64,000 nucleotides of DNA from an uncultured Chlamydiales bacterium. GTDB lineage: Bacteria > Chlamydiota > Chlamydiia > Chlamydiales > Rhabdochlamydiaceae. The stretch covers positions 1,088,001 to 1,152,000 of the forward strand of contig OY969554.1 in assembly GCA_963700985.1 (NCBI GenBank), read 5' to 3'. The notes below the pieces were generated by a model, which had not been told where the DNA came from, did no database searches, and saw only the letters and a program-made list of their open reading frames with translations. The translations under genes were made by a program, and so were the position numbers. Position 1 is the first letter of the stretch, and each line of letters begins with the position of its first letter. Below, piece after piece: positions 37,477 through 46,673 of this stretch.

Positions 37477-40400
37477 AAATAGTTCCATCCCGTTACAGGT
37501 TGACCTTTGGGATCTCTAATAGGAGTTCCTCCGGTAGGATTTGGTTTATGTTCGTGTTGATGAGGATTTGGATGATTCTGAGGCCGGCCGTGGTCGGTAA
37601 AATCAATATCGCGCACTGGATTACCATGCTCATCAAATTCCCTTGCTTGAGGATATTCCCCTTTACGCCCTCCTTTTGTACCAAGTTGAGTATGTGGAGC
37701 ATCTACATCCGGAATATGCACTCCATCAGGAGTATTGGGCAATGGCCTATCTGGCACATATACATTAGTGTTCTTTTTTGCCTGAATAAGGGCATTTGGT
37801 ACCAGGCCAAAGATGTTTTGGGCGGCTCCATTAATTGCTTCGTTTGTGGAGTTTCCTGAACTGATTAAATGCTGGTCGATCTCGTAGCTCACAAAAGCTG
37901 TCACCGCTGCAACAGCAACTAACTTCCAAGTTAGTGCCAATAGGGGAACGGCAAATATAAATTGCCCATCGGGATCGACATAATGGAAGGGGTTGTTGAG
38001 GACATACTGGTAGAGGTTGATGCTGTCGATGAAGCCGGCGGGGTCGATGGTTAGCCAGCGGGAGCTAGCGGGGTCGTAGTAGCGCTTACCGAAATAGATG
38101 AGGTTTAGTTCGGGATCGAAGCGTTTGGAAGCATAGCGCCAGGGGTTGAAATAGCTTTCTGTTTTTGGGTTCAGTTCTTCGCCAAAGGCGGTGAAGGTGT
38201 AGCTGTGGGAGCAGGATTTATAGTGGAGATCGATGAGGCGGCAGATGCTGCCTTGGTAGTCGATGATGGGTGCAAAGGTTTGTCCTCCTATCTCGATGGC
38301 GATGGTTAAGGGGAATCTTTTTTGGTTTCTGAGGCCGAGGATGCGCAGGTTTACGGGTGCTGAAGTGGTTGTAAAGGCACCGATCTCATTTTGTCCATCA
38401 TAGAGGTAGTGCTCTTGGGTAGTGCGTGTTCCCCAGAAAGAGGGGGCTCGCACGGTTTTGCTGAGGCGTCTATCGAGTGGGTCGTAGGTGAACTCGACAG
38501 TGACTTCAGCATTCTCGGCTTTGATGAGGCGGTTTAAAGGATCGTAGGTGAAATTAAAAGCCCCTGAGGGGCTTTTTTTGAGGATCTGGTTGCCATTTAG
38601 GTCGAAGGTATGTTGGAGATCACCTGAAGTAAGCAGCTCGTTCAGGGCATTGATTTCGCATGTTTGGGTGTTTTTCTTGGTGCGGTTGTAGAGAGAATCA
38701 TAGGCGTAAGAGGAGCTATTTTCTGAGGTGAGCTGCGCTAGATCATCGTAGGTGTAGGTTTGTGGGGTTGTGTCGATGTGTCTGCTAAGAAGGTTGCCAC
38801 AGGGGTCAAAGCTGTTTTGTTGGAGGAAATAGCTGCTGCTTGTGGAAAGGTTCTGGCCTTTCAAATCGGTGCTATGCATGACTTGGCCAAGGTTGCCAAT
38901 CAAGCTTTCAACTACGAGATTGCCATCTTGATCGTATAGGTCGTAGCTATGGGTATAAAGTATTTCTCCAGAATAGGAAGCACGTGTGACGTTTCTTAAG
39001 AATAGTGGGTCGTATGTGTAGATCACTTTTCCTTTGTCAGGGAGAGTCAGAGTTATAGGTCGATCAAAGGCATCATAGGTTTTTTCGATTGCGAGGCCCC
39101 CTGGGAAAGTTTCTTTTAATATGTTGCCGGAGGGGTCGAGTTCTCGTTGGATAGAGCTTTTCTGCACTTCATCTGTGGCGGTGAGAAGTTGTCCTAAACA
39201 ATTGCGCAGGAAGGAGAATTGGATCTTTCCGTCGGAAGAGTGTAGATTTTGAAGGTGACCCATTGGGTGATAAGCATAGTTGAGGCATATGCCATCGGGT
39301 AAGGTTTTGCTTGCGAGTTTACCGGCAGGGGTATAGGTAAAAGTGGTTGTTCTGCTGTTGCTAGTATTAAAGGCACGAGTTAAAGATGCTGTTTGGTTTC
39401 GGTTGTTATAGGTGTATTTAGCGAGTTGGGTGTTTTTGTAGAGAGTATTCTCGTAAACGTGATCTTTTCTTAGAGTTAGGTTGCCGCTCGGATCGTAGAT
39501 TATTTCTTGGCGTGAGATGAGGACGTTTAGAGGATTTAAGATCTCTTTTTTGACCAACCTGCCATGTGCATCCTGCGTCTCAACCCTGATAATGTTACGT
39601 GGATCGGTTTCTACAATTTGGAGAACTTTTTGACCTAGTTGGTTGGTGTAGTTTTCATCATAGGTGGTTTTGGTCAAATAGCCCAGCGCATCTTGTTCCT
39701 CGATCTGTCTATGAAAAGAGTCGCATGTAAACGTGTGAATGGCTTCCTTGCCATTAATGTAACGGGTGATTGTGTTCTGGTTGCCATCTTCGTCATAGGT
39801 ATACGACACCCTGGTAAGCGGCTGACCTAAAACATCTGTTTTAGACTCCTCTATAAGACGTCCTTCAACGTCTCTTTTGTAATGAATCAGAAGTGTGTTA
39901 TCTCCATTGTATTTGTGGATGGTTGCAAGTTGGCCAAGGATGTCATAACTAAAATCGCTGATTTTGCCGCCAAACTCCTCGCGGGTTTTCCTGCCAGCAC
40001 CATCATAGAAGTATTGGATTAGATTGCCTTCTCTATCGGTTTCTGTAAGGAGATTAAAGCCGTTGTAGGTGAAAATTTCCTCGGCAATCGCGCTGCCGTC
40101 GGATGAGATGTATGTTTTTGAAAGCGTTCTGCCAAGTACATCATTTTGATACTGAACTGTAAGTCCATCAGAATCTGTATGTCGGGCGAGTTTTCCATTC
40201 TTGAAATAACGAAAGTGCTCTTTGCTGCCGTCTGGATATGTGATCTCAATTGGAGATCCATACGCGTTATAGCGATAGGTGGTTACATTCCCATTGGCAT
40301 CTGTTTTAGTTAGTTCTCTTCCGAAGGGATCATAGCTTGAGAATGTGGTAACAGAAGAGGCTTGGCCTTCTGCAGAAATAACTGATGGAAAGTCGGTGCA

Positions 40401-42545
40401 TGCAACCTGATTAACAAGAGGATCATAAGTGTAATGCGTTGTATCAGCGAAGGGCTCTGTTTTTTGAATCAGGCGATCATGCGCATCGTAGGAATAAGAG
40501 AAAAAATGCAAGATCTCATCATCCCCTCTTTCCATTTTTCCGCGCAGGCGTCCTTTTGTGTCGTGATGATAGGTTTTGAGTAGTCTTTGAGAAAAATTGG
40601 TCGCGCTGTCTATTTGTCCTTTTGGATCATAGGCATAGGTGGCTTGTTGTCCTAGGCGATTTGTTTCAGAGATGAGATCTCCGCGCTCATTGTATTGTTT
40701 ATAGATGGTGTAGGCGAGTACTCCATCAGCATCGTAAACCTCTTCTTGCACAACATTGCCTTGCTGGTCATAGATTAAATGACTTTTTTTCAAAGGCACT
40801 TCAATGCCGACTTCCCAATATTTCTCTTCTATCCATTCGGGCATATGTAGGAAAGGGACTTGCTGGCGCAAGATGTAATTTGTAATTGTCCTTTGCGAAA
40901 CGCCCAATAGGGTGTCTTCATCAGCACTTTCCCCATCATCTGAGATCTGCTGAATGAGATTGTTGCAGTCATCGTATTTGGAGAACTCTCGAAGAAGGAT
41001 TCTATCCCCATCCTTTGTTAACTTGGAAGTGACGAGGTTAGAATGGGGAAGATAGGTATAGCAGATGACTTTGCTATCATCACAGGCTTCTTTTAACAGC
41101 AGGTTTCTGCCATCTTGAGAAAACTCGCGTGCGATCGTGTAGTCTTCTTGAGTGCCACTCCCAGTTAAATCACCGTTAAAGACTTCCAAGATTGGATTGC
41201 CAAAAGCATCAAAGTTGTAAGATCTTTTGTAGAGAATGTTTTTTTGACCATCACGCATTTCAATCGATTTGAGCCAGTTCTTTTCAGTCCAGGAATAGGC
41301 TTTTTCTTTTTTGAGTTTCCCATCTTGGTCAAAATAGTGGATTGCATTTGTGAGCAGGTTTTTTGAGAAATGATAAGTGATCGAGGTCCCATCGCTGTTT
41401 TTAATTGTGGTTGTGCCTTCTTTTTCTCCAGCAATTGGGGGTTGATAGGTCAGTTCATGAACAGGATAGAAGCTATCGTTTTGACCTACTGGAAGTAAGA
41501 GCTTATGCACTTTGAAATGAGACTCCTTTCCAAAGCCCGTATGTTCGCATTTAAAGACATCGTTTTTTCCAGAATATGAATCTAATAGAAAGCGATCGTT
41601 ATAGTTCAGGCTTTCATAGCGGTAAAAAGGACTGCTTACGGATGTGAGAATAGACGGAGAAGAAGAACGAGATTCTTCATGGCCGCCCTTTATGCTCATC
41701 CTCCAATGAAGAGGTCTTTGTTGATGGGTGTAATCGACTGTCACGCCAGAAGAAGAGACATAATGCTGATTGTTGCGGGGCCTATGGATGGAGGCATAAA
41801 CAAAACGCTCTTTAGGATCTAAACTTTCCATAGCCATAGCTAAGGAATTTTGAGTATAGGTGTACCTAATCACTTTTCCATTTGGCAGAATCTCTTTTTC
41901 TAACGAAAGCATGAGCGTTCCAGTCAATGGAAATTTTGCGCGATAAAGACGCTTAGTTCCATCAGGAGCATGAACTGTAACCAGCTTACTTCCCTTGTCG
42001 CACGTAATGCGTGTATTTCTAGGGTCATACTTACCGCTTGGAAGATCTCCCGCAGCGTTGCTTAATGCATACGGAGGAGATAAAAGAGTGGTTGTTGAAT
42101 AGTTAGGACCAGATAAACGAAACGCCAGCGTAGTTCCATTGGGATCAGTGAGATGCACCTCCATGCGCTGTGCATCTAATTTGAGTCGAAGGTATGGAAG
42201 AATGCGCCACCCCTGATAATTATTTTTGAGATGCTCTTGCAAGTAGCGCTTGTTCCACTCTTTTCGGTAACGTTTGTGTTCTGGAAAAGAAGTGGGCATG
42301 TAAATAGGAACATAAACACGGCTAAGGCTGAGGTTTTGCGCGCCTTTAACGATCAGGTCAGTTTGTCTTAAAACAAGTTGACCACCGAGAGGGCTAATCA
42401 ACCCACCGATGAGATAACTTGGTTCGCTTGTAAGTGCAGCAACTTGATCGGGAGTAGAGAGAATAAACTCTTCGTGTGATTCTTCATCTGAAAAAGCAGC
42501 AATTGTCAGTAAGCAACAAATCAAGCTCAAAAAATAGCGCTGCAT
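37473..42545 (-). CDS. Rhs polymorphic toxin 1 (signal peptide; His-rich, Ntox24-like C-terminus)
   Basis: YD repeats, Rhs core NPWRYASKRFD...RYYDP...NNPFHYVDPDG, hydrophobic helix, then DIDFTDHGRPQNHPNPHQH. Confidence 0.93.
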   Translation of the reverse strand: MQRYFLSLICCLLTIAAFSDEESHEEFILSTPDQVAALTSEPSYLIGGLISPLGGQLVLRQTDLIVKGAQNLSLSRVYVPIYMPTSFPEHKRYRKEWNKRYLQEHLKNNYQGWRILPYLRLKLDAQRMEVHLTDPNGTTLAFRLSGPNYSTTTLLSPPYALSNAAGDLPSGKYDPRNTRITCDKGSKLVTVHAPDGTKRLYRAKFPLTGTLMLSLEKEILPNGKVIRYTYTQNSLAMAMESLDPKERFVYASIHRPRNNQHYVSSSGVTVDYTHQQRPLHWRMSIKGGHEESRSSSPSILTSVSSPFYRYESLNYNDRFLLDSYSGKNDVFKCEHTGFGKESHFKVHKLLLPVGQNDSFYPVHELTYQPPIAGEKEGTTTIKNSDGTSITYHFSKNLLTNAIHYFDQDGKLKKEKAYSWTEKNWLKSIEMRDGQKNILYKRSYNFDAFGNPILEVFNGDLTGSGTQEDYTIAREFSQDGRNLLLKEACDDSKVICYTYLPHSNLVTSKLTKDGDRILLREFSKYDDCNNLIQQISDDGESADEDTLLGVSQRTITNYILRQQVPFLHMPEWIEEKYWEVGIEVPLKKSHLIYDQQGNVVQEEVYDADGVLAYTIYKQYNERGDLISETNRLGQQATYAYDPKGQIDSATNFSQRLLKTYHHDTKGRLRGKMERGDDEILHFFSYSYDAHDRLIQKTEPFADTTHYTYDPLVNQVACTDFPSVISAEGQASSVTTFSSYDPFGRELTKTDANGNVTTYRYNAYGSPIEITYPDGSKEHFRYFKNGKLARHTDSDGLTVQYQNDVLGRTLSKTYISSDGSAIAEEIFTYNGFNLLTETDREGNLIQYFYDGAGRKTREEFGGKISDFSYDILGQLATIHKYNGDNTLLIHYKRDVEGRLIEESKTDVLGQPLTRVSYTYDEDGNQNTITRYINGKEAIHTFTCDSFHRQIEEQDALGYLTKTTYDENYTNQLGQKVLQIVETDPRNIIRVETQDAHGRLVKKEILNPLNVLISRQEIIYDPSGNLTLRKDHVYENTLYKNTQLAKYTYNNRNQTASLTRAFNTSNSRTTTFTYTPAGKLASKTLPDGICLNYAYHPMGHLQNLHSSDGKIQFSFLRNCLGQLLTATDEVQKSSIQRELDPSGNILKETFPGGLAIEKTYDAFDRPITLTLPDKGKVIYTYDPLFLRNVTRASYSGEILYTHSYDLYDQDGNLVVESLIGNLGQVMHSTDLKGQNLSTSSSYFLQQNSFDPCGNLLSRHIDTTPQTYTYDDLAQLTSENSSSYAYDSLYNRTKKNTQTCEINALNELLTSGDLQHTFDLNGNQILKKSPSGAFNFTYDPLNRLIKAENAEVTVEFTYDPLDRRLSKTVRAPSFWGTRTTQEHYLYDGQNEIGAFTTTSAPVNLRILGLRNQKRFPLTIAIEIGGQTFAPIIDYQGSICRLIDLHYKSCSHSYTFTAFGEELNPKTESYFNPWRYASKRFDPELNLIYFGKRYYDPASSRWLTIDPAGFIDSINLYQYVLNNPFHYVDPDGQFIFAVPLLALTWKLVAVAAVTAFVSYEIDQHLISSGNSTNEAINGAAQNIFGLVPNALIQAKKNTNVYVPDRPLPNTPDGVHIPDVDAPHTQLGTKGGRKGEYPQAREFDEHGNPVRDIDFTDHGRPQNHPNPHQHEHKPNPTGGTPIRDPKGQPVTGWNYL

Positions 42546-42562
42546 TCATGCCCTCCAAAGTC

Positions 42563-42603
42563 AAGAGGGAGAATTCTTAATACATGTTGCCCAGAAAGTC
42601 AAT
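42563..42603 (-). promoter_or_regulatory. Conserved Rhs promoter (copy 1)
   Basis: Reverse complement ATTGACTTTCTgggcaacaTGTATTAAGAATTCT (TTGACT-N17-TAAGAA). Conserved at 54001. Confidence 0.65.
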
Positions 42604-42721
42604 GCTTTCTGGATGTTTGTGTGAAATTGCAGGAATGATGAAAGCTTGTGCAATAAAAATTCACACAGTTGTGCATTTTTTCAAAGTTCTAGATATTATT
42701 GAGAGTGCGATTTAAGGAACG

Positions 42722-42760
42722 GAATTTTAATAACTTTCAAAACTTGAAAATAATATGGCA
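42722..42760 (+). repeat. 39-bp leader identical to 44468..44506
   Basis: GAATTTTAATAACTTTCAAAACTTGAAAATAATATGGCA precedes both LRR genes. Confidence 0.9.
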
Positions 42761-44476
42761 ACATTACCGCCGACGCTTTCTACTTTGCCTCGAGATCCTT
42801 TGAATCACATTGCAATTTTTGTGAGGGATCATTACCTGCTGTCACAGGTGGCGAAGAGATTTGGAGGGGCTTCAGAGGGGTATTTTGAGCGCCTTTGGAG
42901 GGCTTATGGTGAAGAGAGAGCTTTGCAATGCGAAGTTCAAGCTATTTCTCATCTTTCATCCCCAATGTTGTGTGTAAAGGATCTCTATAAAGGAATTGTC
43001 CAACGGGCAACTGATAGCAACATTCCACCTCTTGCAAATGGTCAAAGTAAATTCGATCCTTCGAGACTGTCTGCGATTGCTCTTTCTTTGGCGGCTGATC
43101 TTTGTACCTTTTTTACTATCTTTGCTGATCTCCAATCAGATCCTAAACCGCTTGTTTTCCATTCCGCACAAAAATTTCTTTCCCGTTTGCCAGAAGATCT
43201 TACTGCAAAAGCAGAGGCTATCAGTGCATGGATGGGGCGCCATAAGCGTGAGCTGTCTACTATCACATCTTTAAATCTTGAGAATCGCAATCTTACTCAT
43301 ATACCTTCACAGATAGAGAGATTTACAAATTTAAGAATCCTCAATCTAAGTCCCAATCAGTTTACTACCTTTCCAAAAAACATCGGTCGGTGTCCAATAT
43401 TAAAGGAGCTAAATCTCCACGACAATCAACTCACAGCTCTTCCTGTCCAGATCGGAAAATGTGCAAAACTAAGAATCTTTAACGCTTCTTCTAACCAGCT
43501 TACATCCTTATCGGGCGGCATCGGTTTATGCGAGGAAATAGAGCATCTAGATCTTTCAAACAATCAACTTACGGCTCTGCCTGATCAACTAGGGATGCTT
43601 ACTAAGCTGAAAGTGCTTAACTTTGCTCAGAATTTATTTACATCTTTATCTGGAAGAATCAGTTCATGCTCTGCTCTGCAGCGTCTCAATCTTAGCGGTA
43701 ACAAGCTCACAATTATTCCTGCTGTGCTAGGTCTGCTTGCTAAATTGGAAACTCTCGATCTTTCGTATAATCAGATTACAATTCTTAATGGAGGAATCCG
43801 TTCCTACTCTTCAATACGGCATCTCAATCTGAGACATAACAAGCTCACAGTTATTCCTGATGCACTCGGTCTGCTTGCTAAACTGGAGGATCTCGATCTT
43901 TCATATAATCAGATTACAGTTTTTGCAGCAGAAATTATTCGATATAACATATTGCAACGTCTTAATCTTTCCAATAATAGACTTACTTCTGTTCAAATAG
44001 AAGTCGGCGCCTGCACCAAATTGGGGAATCTCAATCTTTATGGGAATCATCTAACAAACCTGCCTGAGGAAATTTTTGACCTTCCTGAATTGCACCACCT
44101 AGATCTTTCGAGCAATCAATTAACAACAATATCCAGTCGAATGGGCTCTTCAAGATTAGCCTGGCTTAATTTATCTGGTAATCCTCTTACGTTTTTACCA
44201 CCTGAAATTCAACGTTGTAATTGTTTTATTGAAGTCTCTCCTTTCCGATTGGAATTTTTGGATGGAATTATGCATTTGTTGCCCCCTGAAGGTGTTGATT
44301 TGCCCCCCATGCCTCCATTGCCTGCTTTGCCAGAGCTTGCTGAAGTCCCAGCTCAGTTAAACTGTTTCCAATATATATTTCGAAGCATTGGGATGGTCTT
44401 TTCTTGGATCGCAAACCAACTACTGTCTCTAGTTCATAGCCTTATTCAATGCTTTCAGAAAATTTGCGAATTTTAA
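42755..44476 (+). CDS. F-box-like/LRR effector protein
   Basis: About 14 LxxLxLxxNxL 23-aa repeats. N-terminal LSTLPRDPLNHIAIFV...LSQVAKRF and an amphipathic C-terminus. Confidence 0.9.
   Translation: MATLPPTLSTLPRDPLNHIAIFVRDHYLLSQVAKRFGGASEGYFERLWRAYGEERALQCEVQAISHLSSPMLCVKDLYKGIVQRATDSNIPPLANGQSKFDPSRLSAIALSLAADLCTFFTIFADLQSDPKPLVFHSAQKFLSRLPEDLTAKAEAISAWMGRHKRELSTITSLNLENRNLTHIPSQIERFTNLRILNLSPNQFTTFPKNIGRCPILKELNLHDNQLTALPVQIGKCAKLRIFNASSNQLTSLSGGIGLCEEIEHLDLSNNQLTALPDQLGMLTKLKVLNFAQNLFTSLSGRISSCSALQRLNLSGNKLTIIPAVLGLLAKLETLDLSYNQITILNGGIRSYSSIRHLNLRHNKLTVIPDALGLLAKLEDLDLSYNQITVFAAEIIRYNILQRLNLSNNRLTSVQIEVGACTKLGNLNLYGNHLTNLPEEIFDLPELHHLDLSSNQLTTISSRMGSSRLAWLNLSGNPLTFLPPEIQRCNCFIEVSPFRLEFLDGIMHLLPPEGVDLPPMPPLPALPELAEVPAQLNCFQYIFRSIGMVFSWIANQLLSLVHSLIQCFQKICEF
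43684..43918 (+). repeat. 138-bp (two-LRR) internal duplication
   Basis: NKLTIIPAVLGLLAKLETLDLSYNQIT and NKLTVIPDALGLLAKLEDLDLSYNQIT, also conserved at nucleotide level. Confidence 0.8.
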
Positions 44477-44500
44477 TAACTTTCAAAACTTGAAAATAAT

Positions 44501-45559
44501 ATGGCAGCATTACCACCGACACTCCCGACATTCCAGGCGTTACCGCATGATCCTTTGAACCTCATTGCATACCTTTCGGAACAGCCACATTCGATGGCAC
44601 AGGTCTCAAAGGGGTTAAGGCATATCTCGGATGCCTTTTACAAGCCTCTTTGGGTTGAATGCCAAAAAAAATGGGCTTTAAGGTATGAAGTTCAAGCAGT
44701 TTCGCATCTAGCCTCATATCGAGAAAAGGTAAAGGCTGTTTGCATAAGAAATTTTCAAAGAGCAAAAGCCTGTGGCATTCCACTTATTGAACCCACTCAG
44801 TGGATATCCAATGCACCAAGATTGGCTGCGCTTACGCATTCTTCTGATGCTGCTCTGAATCACTTTTTTGCCTTTTTTGCTGATTCCGGACTTGCTCCTG
44901 CAACGGCTCAAGACGTTATTTGTCGTGACGGAGATTTGGCTACGATAGCAAAAGCTATTGTTGATTGGATGGAAGAATACAAGTTTTGGCTGGGCACTTT
45001 CACAACTCTGGACTTCAGTAATCAAAATCTAACTCAGCTGCCAATGCAGATCGGGTCATTTACAGGCCTGAAAACACTTAATCTCTCCGGTAATCAACTT
45101 GAAGCCGTACCGTTTACAATTAATCAGTGCAGCATGTTAGAGCTGCTAGATCTCTCAAATAATCGGATTACAAGCTTATCTGCTAAGCTCTTTCCATTAA
45201 CTGCGCTACAGACTCTCAATCTTAGTGGAAATCAATTAACGGCCATACCTAGTCAAATTGGAGGCTGCCGTGCTCTAGGATTGATCGACCTTTCGAGAAA
45301 CCGGCCCATACGTCTACCGCCGGAAGTAGCTTTATGTCCCTATCTGTATTTGATTAAACTTCCTTCTGATATGTCCTTGTATTTTGGTGAAATTCAACAA
45401 CTATTGCCGCCTAGAGGTGAAGAGCTTCCGATTCCCCATCCTGAACCTGATAATTGCTTTTGGCAGGCATTAAGGGGTATTGAAAGCGTTTTTCTTTGGA
45501 TAGCTAATTTGGCAATGAGTTGGTTTGAGAGCCTGGTTCTATATTGCAAAGGCTCATGA
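44501..45559 (+). CDS. F-box-like/LRR effector protein (shorter paralogue)
   Basis: About 5 LRRs, with the same N- and C-terminal architecture as 42755..44476. Confidence 0.88.
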   Translation: MAALPPTLPTFQALPHDPLNLIAYLSEQPHSMAQVSKGLRHISDAFYKPLWVECQKKWALRYEVQAVSHLASYREKVKAVCIRNFQRAKACGIPLIEPTQWISNAPRLAALTHSSDAALNHFFAFFADSGLAPATAQDVICRDGDLATIAKAIVDWMEEYKFWLGTFTTLDFSNQNLTQLPMQIGSFTGLKTLNLSGNQLEAVPFTINQCSMLELLDLSNNRITSLSAKLFPLTALQTLNLSGNQLTAIPSQIGGCRALGLIDLSRNRPIRLPPEVALCPYLYLIKLPSDMSLYFGEIQQLLPPRGEELPIPHPEPDNCFWQALRGIESVFLWIANLAMSWFESLVLYCKGS

Positions 45560-45568
45560 GTTCTGGTC

Positions 45569-46522
45569 TCACTCCTCTTCTTCTGGCTCGGGGTTGGTTT
45601 CTTTGCGGTGGCGGCGTTCGGGTGGGGCTTCTTTGGGCTTGTTGGCTTGTTTCTGGTCGAGGCCCATGGTGAGGGCGGTCATGCCGGAGAGGCCGCCGAG
45701 TTGCATGGTTTCGATGGCGGAGCTGGGCACGATGACGATGGTTGAGTTATCTTTGATGCCTTCATAGAGCATGTTCATGGCGCGGAGGTGGAGTGCGACG
45801 GGGTTGTTGATGTAGGTCTGGGCGGCTTCGCCGAATTTTTCGGCGATTTGGCGCTCGGAGTCGCCGAGGATGACGCGGGCTTGGCGTTCTCTTTCGGCTT
45901 GGGCTTGCATGGACATGGCGTCTTCGAGGGCTGGGGGTATTAGGACGTCTTTGATCTCGACGGAGATGACGGTGATGCCCCAGGGCTCGGTGCGTTCATC
46001 GATGATCTCTTGCAGTTCGTGGCTGATTTTGCTGCGGCCTTCGAGCATGTCTGAGAGCATGGTTTTACCGATGACATCACGGAGGGCTGTTTGTGAGGCC
46101 CAGCCGATGGCGCTTTGATAGTCGGCGATTTCAAGGGCGGCTTTTTTTGGATCGATTACTTTCCAGAAGAGCACGGCGTCAACATCTACGGGCACGGTAT
46201 CTTTGGTGAGGGTTTTTTCGGCTTTAAAGGCGGTGGCGATGACGCGGATGTCAATCCAGTATGAAATTCTATCGATGATGGGGATGAGGAAAAACAATCC
46301 TGGGCCTCTTAAAGCGCGGAAGCGTCCGAGTCTGAGAATCACGGCGCGATCCCACTGGTTCGCAACTTGAACGGAACTGGCAGCTAGGCATGCAAGCAGA
46401 AGTGTGACGCCAAAGATCATTACCGCGCTTCCTGGCATGGTTTGATAGGCGGGATAGCCAAGTGCTGCGCCTACACATAAGATGAAGATAAATAAGAGGG
46501 TTGAAACAGAGCTGTTTTTCAT
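45569..46522 (-). CDS. SPFH/band-7 (slipin/stomatin-like) protein
   Basis: NQWDRAVILRLGRF...GPGLFF, LTKDTVPVDVDAVLFW, QTALRDVIG, QAQAERERQA. Confidence 0.92.
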   Translation of the reverse strand: MKNSSVSTLLFIFILCVGAALGYPAYQTMPGSAVMIFGVTLLLACLAASSVQVANQWDRAVILRLGRFRALRGPGLFFLIPIIDRISYWIDIRVIATAFKAEKTLTKDTVPVDVDAVLFWKVIDPKKAALEIADYQSAIGWASQTALRDVIGKTMLSDMLEGRSKISHELQEIIDERTEPWGITVISVEIKDVLIPPALEDAMSMQAQAERERQARVILGDSERQIAEKFGEAAQTYINNPVALHLRAMNMLYEGIKDNSTIVIVPSSAIETMQLGGLSGMTALTMGLDQKQANKPKEAPPERRHRKETNPEPEEEE

Positions 46523-46673
46523 AAGTGTGCCCGCGAGTGATCTCGCTTTTTTTAAACATGTATCAAGCTCACCCTACTTATTCTTAAAAAACATTTCCAT
46601 GGTTAATTTGATGAGGCCATATCGTTAAATTTTTCTTGATCTTTTGTGCGTTTGCACTATGCTTTTTGCTCGC

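Noticed and set aside
45545-45559. C-terminal CKGS as a CaaX prenylation motif
   Set aside because: The middle residues are not aliphatic and the paralogue does not conserve the Cys position.
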